Part shown: piece by piece, positions 1 to 8,950 of the stretch | How the letters are laid out: each line of letters begins with the position of its first letter | Position numbering within the stretch: position 1 is the stretch's first letter | Source of the DNA: a bacterium | GTDB lineage: Bacteria > SAR324 > XYD2-FULL-50-16 | DNA length: 64,000 nucleotides | NCBI GenBank assembly: GCA_032250835.1 | Contig: JAVVEA010000015.1 | Location: 22,758-86,757 of the forward strand | Direction: 5' to 3' | The notes under the pieces: model-generated | The model's database searches: none | Told to the model about the DNA's origin: nothing | The model's input: the letters and a program-made list of their open reading frames with translations, nothing else | Program-made: the position numbers and the translations under genes

Positions 1-207
1 TTTATCTTTGGTGAAGGTGCGTTGTTCTTCGTCGCCCGAGCCGTTGCGGACGATATGGCGCGCCGATAGGGTTTGGTTCTCTAATCCAGAGAACCACTCA
101 AAATGCTCCGCTGGGATCATGGCCAGGAAAATAGCCAGCGCGATATAGAGGTCATACCGTATCAGCAGGTCTTTCATGGAAAACTGCTGTTTCTTCTTTT
201 TGGCCAT
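1..207 (-). CDS. 5' part of a membrane protein running off the window edge; possibly a CHASE2-domain sensor
   Basis: Manual translation from ATG at 207: MAKKKKQQFSMKDLLIRYDLYIALAIFLAMIPAEHFEWFSGLENQTLSARHIVRNG... A TM helix is followed by an LE..TL..R..VR pattern typical of CHASE2 N-termini. Open to position 1. Confidence 0.5.
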   Translation of the reverse strand, partial: MAKKKKQQFSMKDLLIRYDLYIALAIFLAMIPAEHFEWFSGLENQTLSARHIVRNGSGDEEQRTFTKDK

Positions 208-290
208 CTTTACGCTCTCGGTTGAAGGTCTTTTCCCAGGCTTACCAGTCTTTTGCCTTTGCTACAAGAGCCTGACTGCCTGCTAAGAAC

Positions 291-330
291 AAAAAAAAAG
301 GGCACCTCCTTGGCAGGAAGTGCCCTTTTT
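291..330 (-). terminator. Rho-independent (likely bidirectional) terminator
   Basis: AAAAAAAAAGGGCACCTCCT-TGGC-AGGAAGTGCCCTTTTT: GC stem flanked by A and T runs, just downstream of the 354..1319 stop. Confidence 0.8.
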
Positions 331-353
331 AGGGACCTAAAAGCAAATTCCTT

Positions 354-1319
354 TTATTCTTCGGTCAACTCTTTGTACTTGGTCATTTCGTTGCGGTAAA
401 GCTCGTCTAAGAAGAGTTGCTTTTTGATCACCCAGAAGTAATAGGGATAGATGTCCTCATCGTCCGGGTTGGCCTTGAGGTAGTCGCGGTATGAATCCAT
501 AGCGGCTACGTAAAGTCCTTCTTGCTCGTAAAGCTTGCTCAGCAGGGCATCGTTGCCCGGAAAGGCCTCTTGGATTTGTTTAGCCTGCGCAGCGAGCTCA
601 CGCTCCTTTCCTTCAGAAAGCCAGCTTAGTTGGCGGTCTAGCTGTTCGCGGCCTTTGCGGTAAGGCTTCATGGTGAAGACCTTCTTGCCGCTTTTAAGGA
701 CGTCAATGCTGTAGACCACATTGCCTTTGAAGGGCTTCACTTTAAGACGGACCAGCTCTTCTTTGGTCGGCGATACTTTATACACCTCGTTGCCTACTTT
801 CACTTCATAGGAGAACTGCTCACCAGCAGATTCAAAGACGATGTAAGGGTAGGCGTCCGAAAGGGTTAGCTCGCGGGCTGATTCGACCTCAACTTTTTTA
901 GAACTAGCAGCGCGGCGCACGGTGGTATAAGACTGGCTTTTGTCGAAGCGCTTCATCAAACCGGCCACCAAGGCGCTGCTTTCTCCGGCAGCGGCCAATT
1001 TACCCTTCTTGGCCACTAGCTTGCCGTCTTTAACGATAAATTCGGTGTTGGGGCCTAATTCAAAGGTATCGCCACTGGCTTGTAACATTACTTTACCGGA
1101 GCCATCGGCACCGCTACGGATCAGGTAGTCTGCTTTGAGGAATTTGTTGCGGCGCACAGCACGCCACTTTTTGCCGTCTTTGGAGTACTCGACCTCGCCT
1201 TTGACTTGGCTTAAGACCGCAACCGGTTCATCGGGGGCAGCAATAATCTCGGGTGCTTGGCTAAAACCAAAGCTCATCGTTAATGCCAAAGCAAACAGGA
1301 AAGTTAGCAACTTGCTCAT
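354..1319 (-). CDS. Secreted FecR-like domain protein with C-terminal TPR-like helices
   Basis: Signal peptide; VAVLSQVKGEVEYSKDGKKW...IRSGADGSGKV...LGPNTEF resembles FecR; C-terminal LYEQEGLYVAAMDSYRDYLKANPDD resembles a TPR. Confidence 0.6.
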   Translation of the reverse strand: MSKLLTFLFALALTMSFGFSQAPEIIAAPDEPVAVLSQVKGEVEYSKDGKKWRAVRRNKFLKADYLIRSGADGSGKVMLQASGDTFELGPNTEFIVKDGKLVAKKGKLAAAGESSALVAGLMKRFDKSQSYTTVRRAASSKKVEVESARELTLSDAYPYIVFESAGEQFSYEVKVGNEVYKVSPTKEELVRLKVKPFKGNVVYSIDVLKSGKKVFTMKPYRKGREQLDRQLSWLSEGKERELAAQAKQIQEAFPGNDALLSKLYEQEGLYVAAMDSYRDYLKANPDDEDIYPYYFWVIKKQLFLDELYRNEMTKYKELTEE

Positions 1320-1375
1320 GTCGAATTCCTTCTCATCGGGTTGCGGCCCCCTTAGGCCAATGTCTATTTAGGTAC

Positions 1376-1404
1376 ATTATAGGGTATCCCATTAGCAGGC
1401 GCAA
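1376..1404 (-). promoter_or_regulatory. Putative sigma70 promoter for 354..1319
   Basis: Minus strand TTGCGC-N17-TATAAT. Confidence 0.5.
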
Positions 1405-1418
1405 GAGCACAAGTTGAC

Positions 1419-2207
1419 TCAGAACTCTAACTCAAGGTCACGATTGACCTCAAAGAATTTAGAATGTTTGCGTAAGCGATTGAAGGCTTCTTCTAATCGG
1501 TCCAGTAGCGCAAGTTCCTCTTCATCAGGGTTAGCAAAGCTGAAGACCCCGGTCAGACCGCCGTTTACTGCGTACCCCGCAGTTTGGCTGCGCAGCTTCG
1601 ATAAGATGCGTTTGGCCTGCTGTGAGTCCGTCGCTGGGAAACCAAATAAGAAACTTTCTTTCCCGTAGTGGGCCGCTAGATCGCCCCAGCGGATCAATTC
1701 GGCGAAGCGGCGGCCTAGTAGGTGGATCGTTTCGATCGAAGAGGGCTCTTTGGGCCCCAGAAGTGCTACGGCAAAGGGGGAATCGGCGCGGCGCGCTTCT
1801 TCGATCTTTTCGCTTAAAAGTCGTTGGCCTAGTTGCTGGTTATACAGACCGGTTTCTTTGTCGTAGACCGCTTGTTTGGACATCTCGGCCTTGCGCTCGG
1901 CCAGTAGCTTGACCGCTATCGCCTGATCTTCGGGCTGGTCCAGGGCTTCGGATACCATGGCGTATAGCTCTAAATCTTCAAGCCTCAATTTTTTATAGAT
2001 CGCGAGCTGTTGCGTATCGTGGCCCAGCTTGGTGGCGAGATCGGCCAAAATCTGTGATTCTAGTTCGATCATTTTGCGCAGCCGCTCCAACAGCTCCGCC
2101 CAGTTGCTGTTGTCTCGGTCCGCCCGGTTGTAGCGTCTTAGTATCTGCATACGGGTTTCGTATTGGTGCAGATCGATTTCACAGCGGCAATGGACAACAG
2201 GTTTCAT
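1419..2207 (-). CDS. Degenerate GGDEF-domain protein
   Basis: DKETGLYNQ (D.LTGLYN motif) and RWGDLAAHYGKESF in place of R..D..ARYGGEEF. Start re-assigned to ATG 2207 (MKPVVHCRC); the ORF track extends to 2363. Confidence 0.65.
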   Translation of the reverse strand: MKPVVHCRCEIDLHQYETRMQILRRYNRADRDNSNWAELLERLRKMIELESQILADLATKLGHDTQQLAIYKKLRLEDLELYAMVSEALDQPEDQAIAVKLLAERKAEMSKQAVYDKETGLYNQQLGQRLLSEKIEEARRADSPFAVALLGPKEPSSIETIHLLGRRFAELIRWGDLAAHYGKESFLFGFPATDSQQAKRILSKLRSQTAGYAVNGGLTGVFSFANPDEEELALLDRLEEAFNRLRKHSKFFEVNRDLELEF

Positions 2208-2317
2208 GGGACTTCTCCGAGGGGGATCGCTGGTGTTTGGGATTAGTTTATCATAGCCGAGGCGGTTCTGTGGATCATTTCTTCGTAAAATCGAGCGCCA
2301 ACCCTGGTTGGCAAGGG

Positions 2318-2346
2318 TTGCCAGATTGTTAGGCCCGGCGTAGGAT
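2318..2346 (+). promoter_or_regulatory. Putative sigma70 promoter for DAHP synthase-panB
   Basis: TTGCCA-N17-TAGGAT, 47 bp upstream of the ATG. Confidence 0.4.
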
Positions 2347-2392
2347 GGACCAGATAAATTCACTTACCTGCCAAACGCTTGTGTAAACTACG

Positions 2393-3745
2393 ATGAACAA
2401 AGAGCAACGCTGGTCTAAATCTTCTTGGCAAACCCTGGTGGCAGCCCAACAACCCAATTGGCCCGATCAGGCGAGCTATGCTTCGGTTTTGGCTGATTTG
2501 GAGCGGTTACCGCCCTTGGTTTTTGCTGGCGAGGCCCGCAAACTAAAATCGGATATTGCTCGGGCCCAACGGGGCGAAGCCTTTTTGTTGCAAGGCGGAG
2601 ACTGTGCCGAAGAGTTTGCCCGTTGCACCGCTCCGGCGATCCGCGAGACCCTCAAGGTGATCTTGCAGATGTCGGTGATCCTCACCTATGCCGGTGAAAA
2701 ACCGGTCATTAAGGTAGGGCGCATTGCCGGACAATACGCCAAGCCGCGCTCCAGCGACACCGAAGTGATCGACGGTCTAGAATTGCCCAGCTACCGTGGA
2801 GACATCATCAACAGCCCGGAATTTACCGAGGCGGCACGTCTGCCCGATGCGGACCGGTTGCGCCAGGGGTATTTTTATTCTGCGGCGACTTTAAACATCT
2901 TGCGGGGCTTCACTAAAGGCGGGTTTGCCTCTTTAGAACGGGTCCATTCCTGGAACAATGAGTTCGTGTCTAACTCCAAAGAAGGTAAGGGCTACGAACG
3001 ACTGGCCGGTGAAATCGACAAGGCGCTGAAGTTTATTGGCACCATCGGTATGGATATGGGCAAAGAGCGGGACCTGAACCAAGTGGATTTTTACACCAGC
3101 CACGAAGCCCTGCTTTTGGCCTATGAAGAAGCCATGACACGCTGTGACTCCACCACCGGAGAATGGTACGACTGCTCGGCCCATATGCTCTGGATAGGGG
3201 ACCGAACCCGTCAGTTAGACGGGGCTCATGTGGAATTTTTGCGCGGCGTGCGTAACCCCATCGGCATGAAGCTGGGCCCCAACCACGACATCGACGAGAT
3301 CAAACGGATTATCGACCGCCTCAACCCGGACAACGAACCTGGGCGCATGACGATGATCACTCGCTTTGGGGCGGATTTGATTGACGAGCACCTGCCTAAG
3401 GTGCTGCGCCAGCTTAAAGGTGAGGGCTACAACCTGCTTTGGAGCTGTGACCCTATGCACGGGAACACCTACAAAGCCGGTAACTACAAAACCCGTAGCT
3501 TTGAAGCCATTTTAAAGGAAATCGGGCATTTCTTCCATATCCACCGCGCCGAAGGAACGATCCCCGGCGGTATCCACTTCGAGTTGACCGGCGAAGCGGT
3601 GACGGAATGTGTGGGCGGCGGTTCGGACAACCTAGAGGCGCATCAGCTAGAAGAAAACTACCTGACCAGTTGCGACCCTCGGCTCAACGGACGCCAGAGC
3701 CTAGACATTGCCTTCATGATCGCCCATTTGCTTAAGCACCCCTAA
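2393..3745 (+). CDS. Class II 3-deoxy-7-phosphoheptulonate (DAHP) synthase
   Basis: LLQGGDCAE, GRIAGQYAKPRS, YTSHEALLL, WIGDRTRQ, CDPMHGNT and CDPRLN motifs; 450 aa. Confidence 0.95.
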   Translation: MNKEQRWSKSSWQTLVAAQQPNWPDQASYASVLADLERLPPLVFAGEARKLKSDIARAQRGEAFLLQGGDCAEEFARCTAPAIRETLKVILQMSVILTYAGEKPVIKVGRIAGQYAKPRSSDTEVIDGLELPSYRGDIINSPEFTEAARLPDADRLRQGYFYSAATLNILRGFTKGGFASLERVHSWNNEFVSNSKEGKGYERLAGEIDKALKFIGTIGMDMGKERDLNQVDFYTSHEALLLAYEEAMTRCDSTTGEWYDCSAHMLWIGDRTRQLDGAHVEFLRGVRNPIGMKLGPNHDIDEIKRIIDRLNPDNEPGRMTMITRFGADLIDEHLPKVLRQLKGEGYNLLWSCDPMHGNTYKAGNYKTRSFEAILKEIGHFFHIHRAEGTIPGGIHFELTGEAVTECVGGGSDNLEAHQLEENYLTSCDPRLNGRQSLDIAFMIAHLLKHP

Positions 3746-3758
3746 CCCAAGGGAGTCC

Positions 3759-4538
3759 ATGCCGCGCAAAACCATCCCGCAGTTAAGGGCCCTAAAAGGC
3801 CAGACCCCCATTGTCGTGGCTACGGCCTATGACGCTACTTTGGCTCGTTTGGTAGACGCTGCGGTGGATGCTATTTTGGTCGGAGATTCTTTGGGTATGG
3901 TGGTGGCTGGGTTGGAGAGCACCCTAAAGGTCAGCCTGGATCAGATGGTTTATCATTGTTCCATGGTGGCTAGAGGCTCGAAATTGGCCGCCTTGATCGG
4001 GGACTTGCCCTTCTTGAGTTACCAACTAAACCCCGAGCAGGCCTTGGTCAGTGCTGGGCGGTTGGTGGTTGAAGGGGGGATGATGGCCGTTAAGCTTGAA
4101 GGTGGCAGCGAGTATGTTCCTCAAATCCGCAAGATTGTTGCCGCTGGGATTCCGGTGGTCGGACATTTAGGGATGCAGCCCCAGTGGCTCAACGCCTATG
4201 GTGGTTATGGCAAACAAGCCAAAGACGAAGCCGGGGCCCAGTTGCTTTTGCAAGATGCACTAGCCCTAGAAGCCGCCGGAGTGAGTCTGTTGGTATTAGA
4301 GAATATCCCCCATAAACTGGCCAAAGAAGTGACCGCAAAGCTGTCGATCCCTACCATCGGAATCGGGGCGGGCCCAGACACAGACGGCCAAGTGCAGGTC
4401 TGGCACGACTTGATGGGCATGGACCCAGACTTTGCTCCGCGCCATGCGGTGCCCTTCCGGGCTTTAGGTAAAGAGGTGATGGAGGCTGCGGCCGAGTACG
4501 CCGCTGCGGTGCGTTCGGGTCAGTTTAACAGCAAATAA
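3759..4538 (+). CDS. panB: 3-methyl-2-oxobutanoate hydroxymethyltransferase
   Basis: TAYD, LVGDSLGMV, AVKLEGG, GHLG, TIGIGAG..DGQVQV motifs. Confidence 0.95.
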   Translation: MPRKTIPQLRALKGQTPIVVATAYDATLARLVDAAVDAILVGDSLGMVVAGLESTLKVSLDQMVYHCSMVARGSKLAALIGDLPFLSYQLNPEQALVSAGRLVVEGGMMAVKLEGGSEYVPQIRKIVAAGIPVVGHLGMQPQWLNAYGGYGKQAKDEAGAQLLLQDALALEAAGVSLLVLENIPHKLAKEVTAKLSIPTIGIGAGPDTDGQVQVWHDLMGMDPDFAPRHAVPFRALGKEVMEAAAEYAAAVRSGQFNSK

Positions 4539-4997
4539 CTATTTTAGGGAGTCCGCCGCCCGGCGGGCTGCTTCAAAAACCAACTTTAGCGGAACCTGGG
4601 CCTGCTCGGCTAGCTGCTTGCAGTCTTCAAACTCAGGGCTGACTTGGGTGGTTTTTCCTTGGTGCTTGGCGATTTTTACCTGCACTTCTCCCCAGGGCGT
4701 TGCGACGGTGACCAAGGACTTTTCAAGGCGGTGCCCGGTGACGGCGTGGTAACGCAACCCCATGCTGCTGGTTTCGTTAAAAACAATCCCTTCAATGGTT
4801 TCTAGTAGCTTTGCTGGTAAAAGGCATTTGAGCATCAGCGCGGGCCGCCCCTTTTTCATGAGGATTGGCTGGAACCATGCATCTTTAGCCCCGGCAGCGA
4901 GCAACTGGTCTAACACAGGAGCGCAGAGCTCGGGGCTCATGTCGTCGATATTTGCACTTAATTCCAAAAGGTTGGCATCGGTGTGTTCGGTTTCCAT
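4539..4997 (-). CDS. larC: LarC-family nickel insertion protein, C-terminal domain only
   Basis: ANIDDMSPE, PILMKKGRP, ETSSMGLR, TPWGEVQVK, PEFEDCKQLA. About 152 aa; ATG overlaps the upstream TGA. Confidence 0.8.
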   Translation of the reverse strand: METEHTDANLLELSANIDDMSPELCAPVLDQLLAAGAKDAWFQPILMKKGRPALMLKCLLPAKLLETIEGIVFNETSSMGLRYHAVTGHRLEKSLVTVATPWGEVQVKIAKHQGKTTQVSPEFEDCKQLAEQAQVPLKLVFEAARRAADSLK

Positions 4998-5593
4998 CAA
5001 GCGCTCCGCTCATATTTATCACGCCACTGGTCGTAGCTTAACCCTAAATGTTCGGCTTTGCGCTGGCGGTGGGTTGTCAGGTAACGTTGGGTGAAGAGAT
5101 AGGCGAGGATGGATAAAGGGATGGCCCAAAAGAGGCTACCGATCACCATGGGGTAGCCTAAATCGAGGATCAAAAATCCTATCCCTTCTTTAAACATGTC
5201 CCAAGACGAGGCCCCTTGGGCGTGGGTGATTTCTTCTAATCGTTTGGTGAACTCTTGGTAAGACATCACCCCCTCATTGGCACCGACCACCGCAAAGAAC
5301 CAATTCCCGGTGACCAAAAATCCATAATAGAGCGGCCCCATGGTGACAGGATTGCTCAGCCAGACCATGGCGGTGCTGATCACTAAGTCAAACTTGCGGC
5401 GCAGCAGGTATTTAAAGACCAACCAGCTTCCGAAGACTAGGCTCATCTGGATGCCCACCGTCGGCGTCATCCCTAAAAACATCCCCACCGCTGCGCCTAG
5501 AGCTGCCTCGGGTATGGGCGCGTGGCTTTCTAGGATGGGCTTGATGATGTGTTGGTTTAGCTTGTCTTTAAAGACCTTCCAGGGTCCTTTCAT
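4997..5593 (-). CDS. DUF2062-family membrane protein
   Basis: ALGAAVGMFLGMTPTVGIQ and WLSNPVT..PLYY motifs. Confidence 0.8.
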   Translation of the reverse strand: MKGPWKVFKDKLNQHIIKPILESHAPIPEAALGAAVGMFLGMTPTVGIQMSLVFGSWLVFKYLLRRKFDLVISTAMVWLSNPVTMGPLYYGFLVTGNWFFAVVGANEGVMSYQEFTKRLEEITHAQGASSWDMFKEGIGFLILDLGYPMVIGSLFWAIPLSILAYLFTQRYLTTHRQRKAEHLGLSYDQWRDKYERSA

Positions 5594-5600
5594 GGGGTCC

Positions 5601-6206
5601 TTATTGGAGGCTGAAACGGATGGGTAACAGCAGTTCCCCCTTTAATTGGGAATCTGGGTGTCGCTGGCGTAGGACTTGCGCAATATCACCTCGGTGTTCC
5701 TTTAGCAGCTCTAAAGCTGCTGCGTCTAGCCTGGGATAGCGACTGCTTTGCGCCAAGTCTAGCTCGGTGATTTCTAACTGAGGCCCCCATACCACCCGAA
5801 CTGAAACCACCCCCTCTTCACCGCGCTTGCGTGAAGCCCTTGGGTAGTAGCGGTTTAGGTCCACCTGGGTCAGGTAGGCTAAGATTAGGTTCTTTAGCTC
5901 CTCGGGGTTCGGCGCTGGGTCGGCTTGGTTTTGTGCTTCAGCTTCGGGCTCCGGCTCGGTGTGTTGAGACATCGCTGGTTCCGTTGCCACCGATTTTTTG
6001 GGTAGCTTGTTTTTGAGGGTCTCGGCGGTTGGTTTGGTTTGGCTCGGTGGGGAGAGCCAAAACCGACTGAGACTTAAAGGCTGCGGCGTAGGCCCAGAAG
6101 ACTGAGCCTGCGGGGCCTCCATCCAAGAAAGAGCCGCCCACTGTAGCCCGAAGCATACCATGAAGAGCAGGCCTAAACGAAAGGAGGCGCGGTTGGTGGT
6201 CTTCAT
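5601..6206 (-). CDS. tonB: TonB family energy transducer
   Basis: N-terminal TM, Pro/Glu-rich linker, YPRASRKRGEEGVVSVR, SSRYPRLDAAAL, LPIRFSL. ATGA overlap with exbD. Confidence 0.85.
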   Translation of the reverse strand: MKTTNRASFRLGLLFMVCFGLQWAALSWMEAPQAQSSGPTPQPLSLSRFWLSPPSQTKPTAETLKNKLPKKSVATEPAMSQHTEPEPEAEAQNQADPAPNPEELKNLILAYLTQVDLNRYYPRASRKRGEEGVVSVRVVWGPQLEITELDLAQSSRYPRLDAAALELLKEHRGDIAQVLRQRHPDSQLKGELLLPIRFSLQ

Positions 6207-6619
6207 GGAGCCCACTGGCTTTGGATTTGTAGATTCGAAAACTGGTGCTCACTCAGGAAATTCATCACCCGCACCAACTCTTCAACCGGTAGGTCCCGTT
6301 GGGGGAGAATCCGCACCGGTCGGTTGTATTCGTCCCGATGGGCTGCCAAAAAGGCGCGGCTGAAGGCGGAAAATTCTTGGTAGGTTACGCCGCTTAAGTT
6401 CCAGGTCTGCCGGTCTAGCTCAATGGGGATGTTGGGGGCTGTTTCTGGGCTTGCCTGCGGGCGGCTGGAACTTTGGGCTAATTGGAGATGGGTGGTGATT
6501 TGGGTGGTGCCCATGGTCAATAACAAGAAGACCAAGAGGGTAAACAAAACATCCACCATTGCCGTCAGGTCTAGGGCTTCTTCTAAATGGCTTTGGGCTT
6601 TAGGCGGTAAGCCGATCAT
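6203..6619 (-). CDS. exbD: ExbD/TolR biopolymer transport protein
   Basis: LDLTAMVDVLFTLLVFLLLT TM with the conserved Asp. Confidence 0.9.
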   Translation of the reverse strand: MIGLPPKAQSHLEEALDLTAMVDVLFTLLVFLLLTMGTTQITTHLQLAQSSSRPQASPETAPNIPIELDRQTWNLSGVTYQEFSAFSRAFLAAHRDEYNRPVRILPQRDLPVEELVRVMNFLSEHQFSNLQIQSQWAP

Positions 6620-7137
6620 AGGGTCACCTCTAGGCCGTGGTGGCTTAGCGTCAAGGCTTCGGTTGCGGTTTTTAAGCGGTTTTGGGCCTTTAAGGCGAAG
6701 AGGCTGTGTCCCAGCAGCGCCGGGATAGCGATGATCAACCCGGCGGCGGTGGTGGTCAAGGCATGGCTGATCCCTTCGGCCACCAAGGCGGGTGTGATGG
6801 GCCGGTCTTGTCCGGCGATGGTTTCAAAAGCTTCCATCATCCCGAAAACGGTCCCCAAGAGGCCTAAGAGGGGGCTGATCGCCGCCAGGATACGTAACCA
6901 GGGCAGAAATCGGGTCAGCTGAGCTTCGGCCTGGGTGAGCAATAGATTGGCCAGGGCTTCTCCAACGGGGCCGGGGTCTTTGGCTTCTTGGGGGCGCAAC
7001 TGGGTAAAGCGCTCTGCCAAACGCTCGGCGGTCGGTGCCGAGGCTAGGAAAAACCAGGACCGCTCGGCTAAAATAGCCAAGACCAGACTAGAACAGAGCA
7101 ATAAGGGTAGAGCCAGCGGCCCCATAAGTTGCAGCAT
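6616..7137 (-). CDS. exbB: ExbB/MotA/TolQ proton channel protein (short)
   Basis: ISPLLGLLGTVFGMMEAF and GISHALTTTAAGLIIAIPA motifs. Confidence 0.9.
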   Translation of the reverse strand: MLQLMGPLALPLLLCSSLVLAILAERSWFFLASAPTAERLAERFTQLRPQEAKDPGPVGEALANLLLTQAEAQLTRFLPWLRILAAISPLLGLLGTVFGMMEAFETIAGQDRPITPALVAEGISHALTTTAAGLIIAIPALLGHSLFALKAQNRLKTATEALTLSHHGLEVTL

Positions 7138-7289
7138 TCTTAAAATTCGGCGTTGTATTCAGGTTAGAGGAGCTTTTTCACTCAAATATAGTTTTTTGTC
7201 CAATCTGTAAATTGTCCCTTTTCATTGGTTTGGTGAGTCTATATAATAACACACTTAATCCCAACCGGTTCTATCAACGGAGGTAACCA

Positions 7290-8837
7290 ATGGACCCGAA
7301 CCGTATCCACATTTTCGACACGACCTTAAGAGACGGAGAGCAATCACCTGGATGCAGCATGAACAAAGAGGAAAAGCTGCACATGGCTCGCCAACTCCAA
7401 CGGCTCGGTGTGGATAGCCTGGAGGCGGGTTTTGCGGCCTCTAGTCCCGGTGACTTTGAGTCGGTCCAGATGATCGGACATGAATTGAAGGGCCCCAAGG
7501 TCGTGACGTTGTGCCGGGTGATCGATTCGGACATCGACGCCGGAATCAACGCCTTAAAGGGGAGCTACAACTGGGGTATCCACTGCTTCATCAGCACCAG
7601 TGATTTGCATTTAAAAGAAAAGCTGAAGATCGACCGGGCCACGGCCATTGCGCGTTCGGTACGCGCCGTGGAACGCGCTGCCTCGGCTACGGATTCGGTT
7701 GAGTTTTCTTGTGAAGATGCCACCCGCTCGGACCCGGACTTTTTGGTGGAAATCTGCTCGGAGGTGGTCCGCGCTGGGGCGACGATCTTAAACATTCCCG
7801 ACACCGTGGGTTACACCACGCCCGGCGAGATGTATGCGCTGATTGACCGCTTGAAAAACGAGGTCTACCGGGGCGACGAGGTGATCTTCTCGGTGCACAA
7901 CCACAACGACCTAGGGTTGGCGGTGGCCAATAGTTTGGCGGCGGTGCAGGCTGGCGCGCGGCAGGTGGAATGCACCATCAACGGCATCGGCGAGCGGGCG
8001 GGCAACGCCAGCTTAGAAGAGTTGGTGATGGCCTTGAAAGTCCGCCATCAGTATTACCAGATCGAAACGGGCATCGATTCAACCCAGATCATCCACAGCT
8101 CTCGCTTGTTGACCAAGCTAACGGGACAGTTGGTCCAGGCCAACAAAGCCATTGTGGGTGACAATGCCTTTGCCCATGAGTCGGGTATCCATCAAGACGG
8201 GATGATCAAAAACCGCCTGACCTATGAGATCATGACCCCCGAATCGGTGGGTTTGACCAAGTCGAATCTGGTTTTGGGCAAACATTCGGGCCGGGCGGCA
8301 TTGCTTGAGCGTATCCGCGAACTGGGGTATCAGGTCGGTGAAGAGGAGATCAAGCGGATCTTCGACGAGTTCAAGAAGCTGGCAGACAAAAAGAAGGTGG
8401 TCTACGACGAAGACATCGAACTTTTGATCGCCGGTGACCGCGTCCAGCGAACCGAGAAGTACAAACTGCTGCAACTCAACGTATTTTCGGGCACAGACTC
8501 CTTACCTACGGCTACCGTTAAAATGGAAGCCGATGGAAAGGAACTAGCGCCCCACTCGGCCTTGGGTGCCGGACCGATCGATGCCGCCTTAAACAGCATC
8601 CGTGAAATCTTGGGGAGTGATTGCGTGCTCACCAAGTTTTCGGTTAAGTCGATCACCGGTGGTACCGATGCCCAGGGGATCGTTTCCATTGGGATCGAGT
8701 CCGAAGGGATCAGTGCTTCAGGGCGCGGGTCGGAAACGGATATCTTGGTCGCGGCGGCGAAGGCCTTTGTTGACGCCTTAAACCGACTTGAGATCAAGAA
8801 ACAGACCCAAGGGATTCGCCAGCAAGCGGCGGTTTAG
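7290..8837 (+). CDS. leuA: 2-isopropylmalate synthase
   Basis: [52 protein letters not shown]-terminal regulatory domain. Confidence 0.95.
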   Translation: MDPNRIHIFDTTLRDGEQSPGCSMNKEEKLHMARQLQRLGVDSLEAGFAASSPGDFESVQMIGHELKGPKVVTLCRVIDSDIDAGINALKGSYNWGIHCFISTSDLHLKEKLKIDRATAIARSVRAVERAASATDSVEFSCEDATRSDPDFLVEICSEVVRAGATILNIPDTVGYTTPGEMYALIDRLKNEVYRGDEVIFSVHNHNDLGLAVANSLAAVQAGARQVECTINGIGERAGNASLEELVMALKVRHQYYQIETGIDSTQIIHSSRLLTKLTGQLVQANKAIVGDNAFAHESGIHQDGMIKNRLTYEIMTPESVGLTKSNLVLGKHSGRAALLERIRELGYQVGEEEIKRIFDEFKKLADKKKVVYDEDIELLIAGDRVQRTEKYKLLQLNVFSGTDSLPTATVKMEADGKELAPHSALGAGPIDAALNSIREILGSDCVLTKFSVKSITGGTDAQGIVSIGIESEGISASGRGSETDILVAAAKAFVDALNRLEIKKQTQGIRQQAAV

Positions 8838-8860
8838 TTTAAGTCCTTTCCTTAAAAAAT

Positions 8861-8900
8861 GGCCTCTAGGTTTGAACTTTTAATCTAGGGGCCTTATAAT
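8861..8900 (+). promoter_or_regulatory. Putative lon promoter overlapped by an inverted repeat
   Basis: TTGAAC(8872-8877)-N17-TATAAT(8895-8900); imperfect inverted repeat GGCCTCTAGGTT/AATCTAGGGGCC. Confidence 0.5.
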
Positions 8901-8950
8901 AATGGCCAAGCCCTTCCCACTACCCGAACTCCCGGCAGGAAAGCCTCCTT

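Noticed and set aside
2208-2363. N-terminal extensions in the ORF track (also 23046, 42907, 43664, 50553, 54472)
   Set aside because: They run through promoter regions or neighbouring genes; downstream starts fit SD position, signal peptides or family N-termini better.
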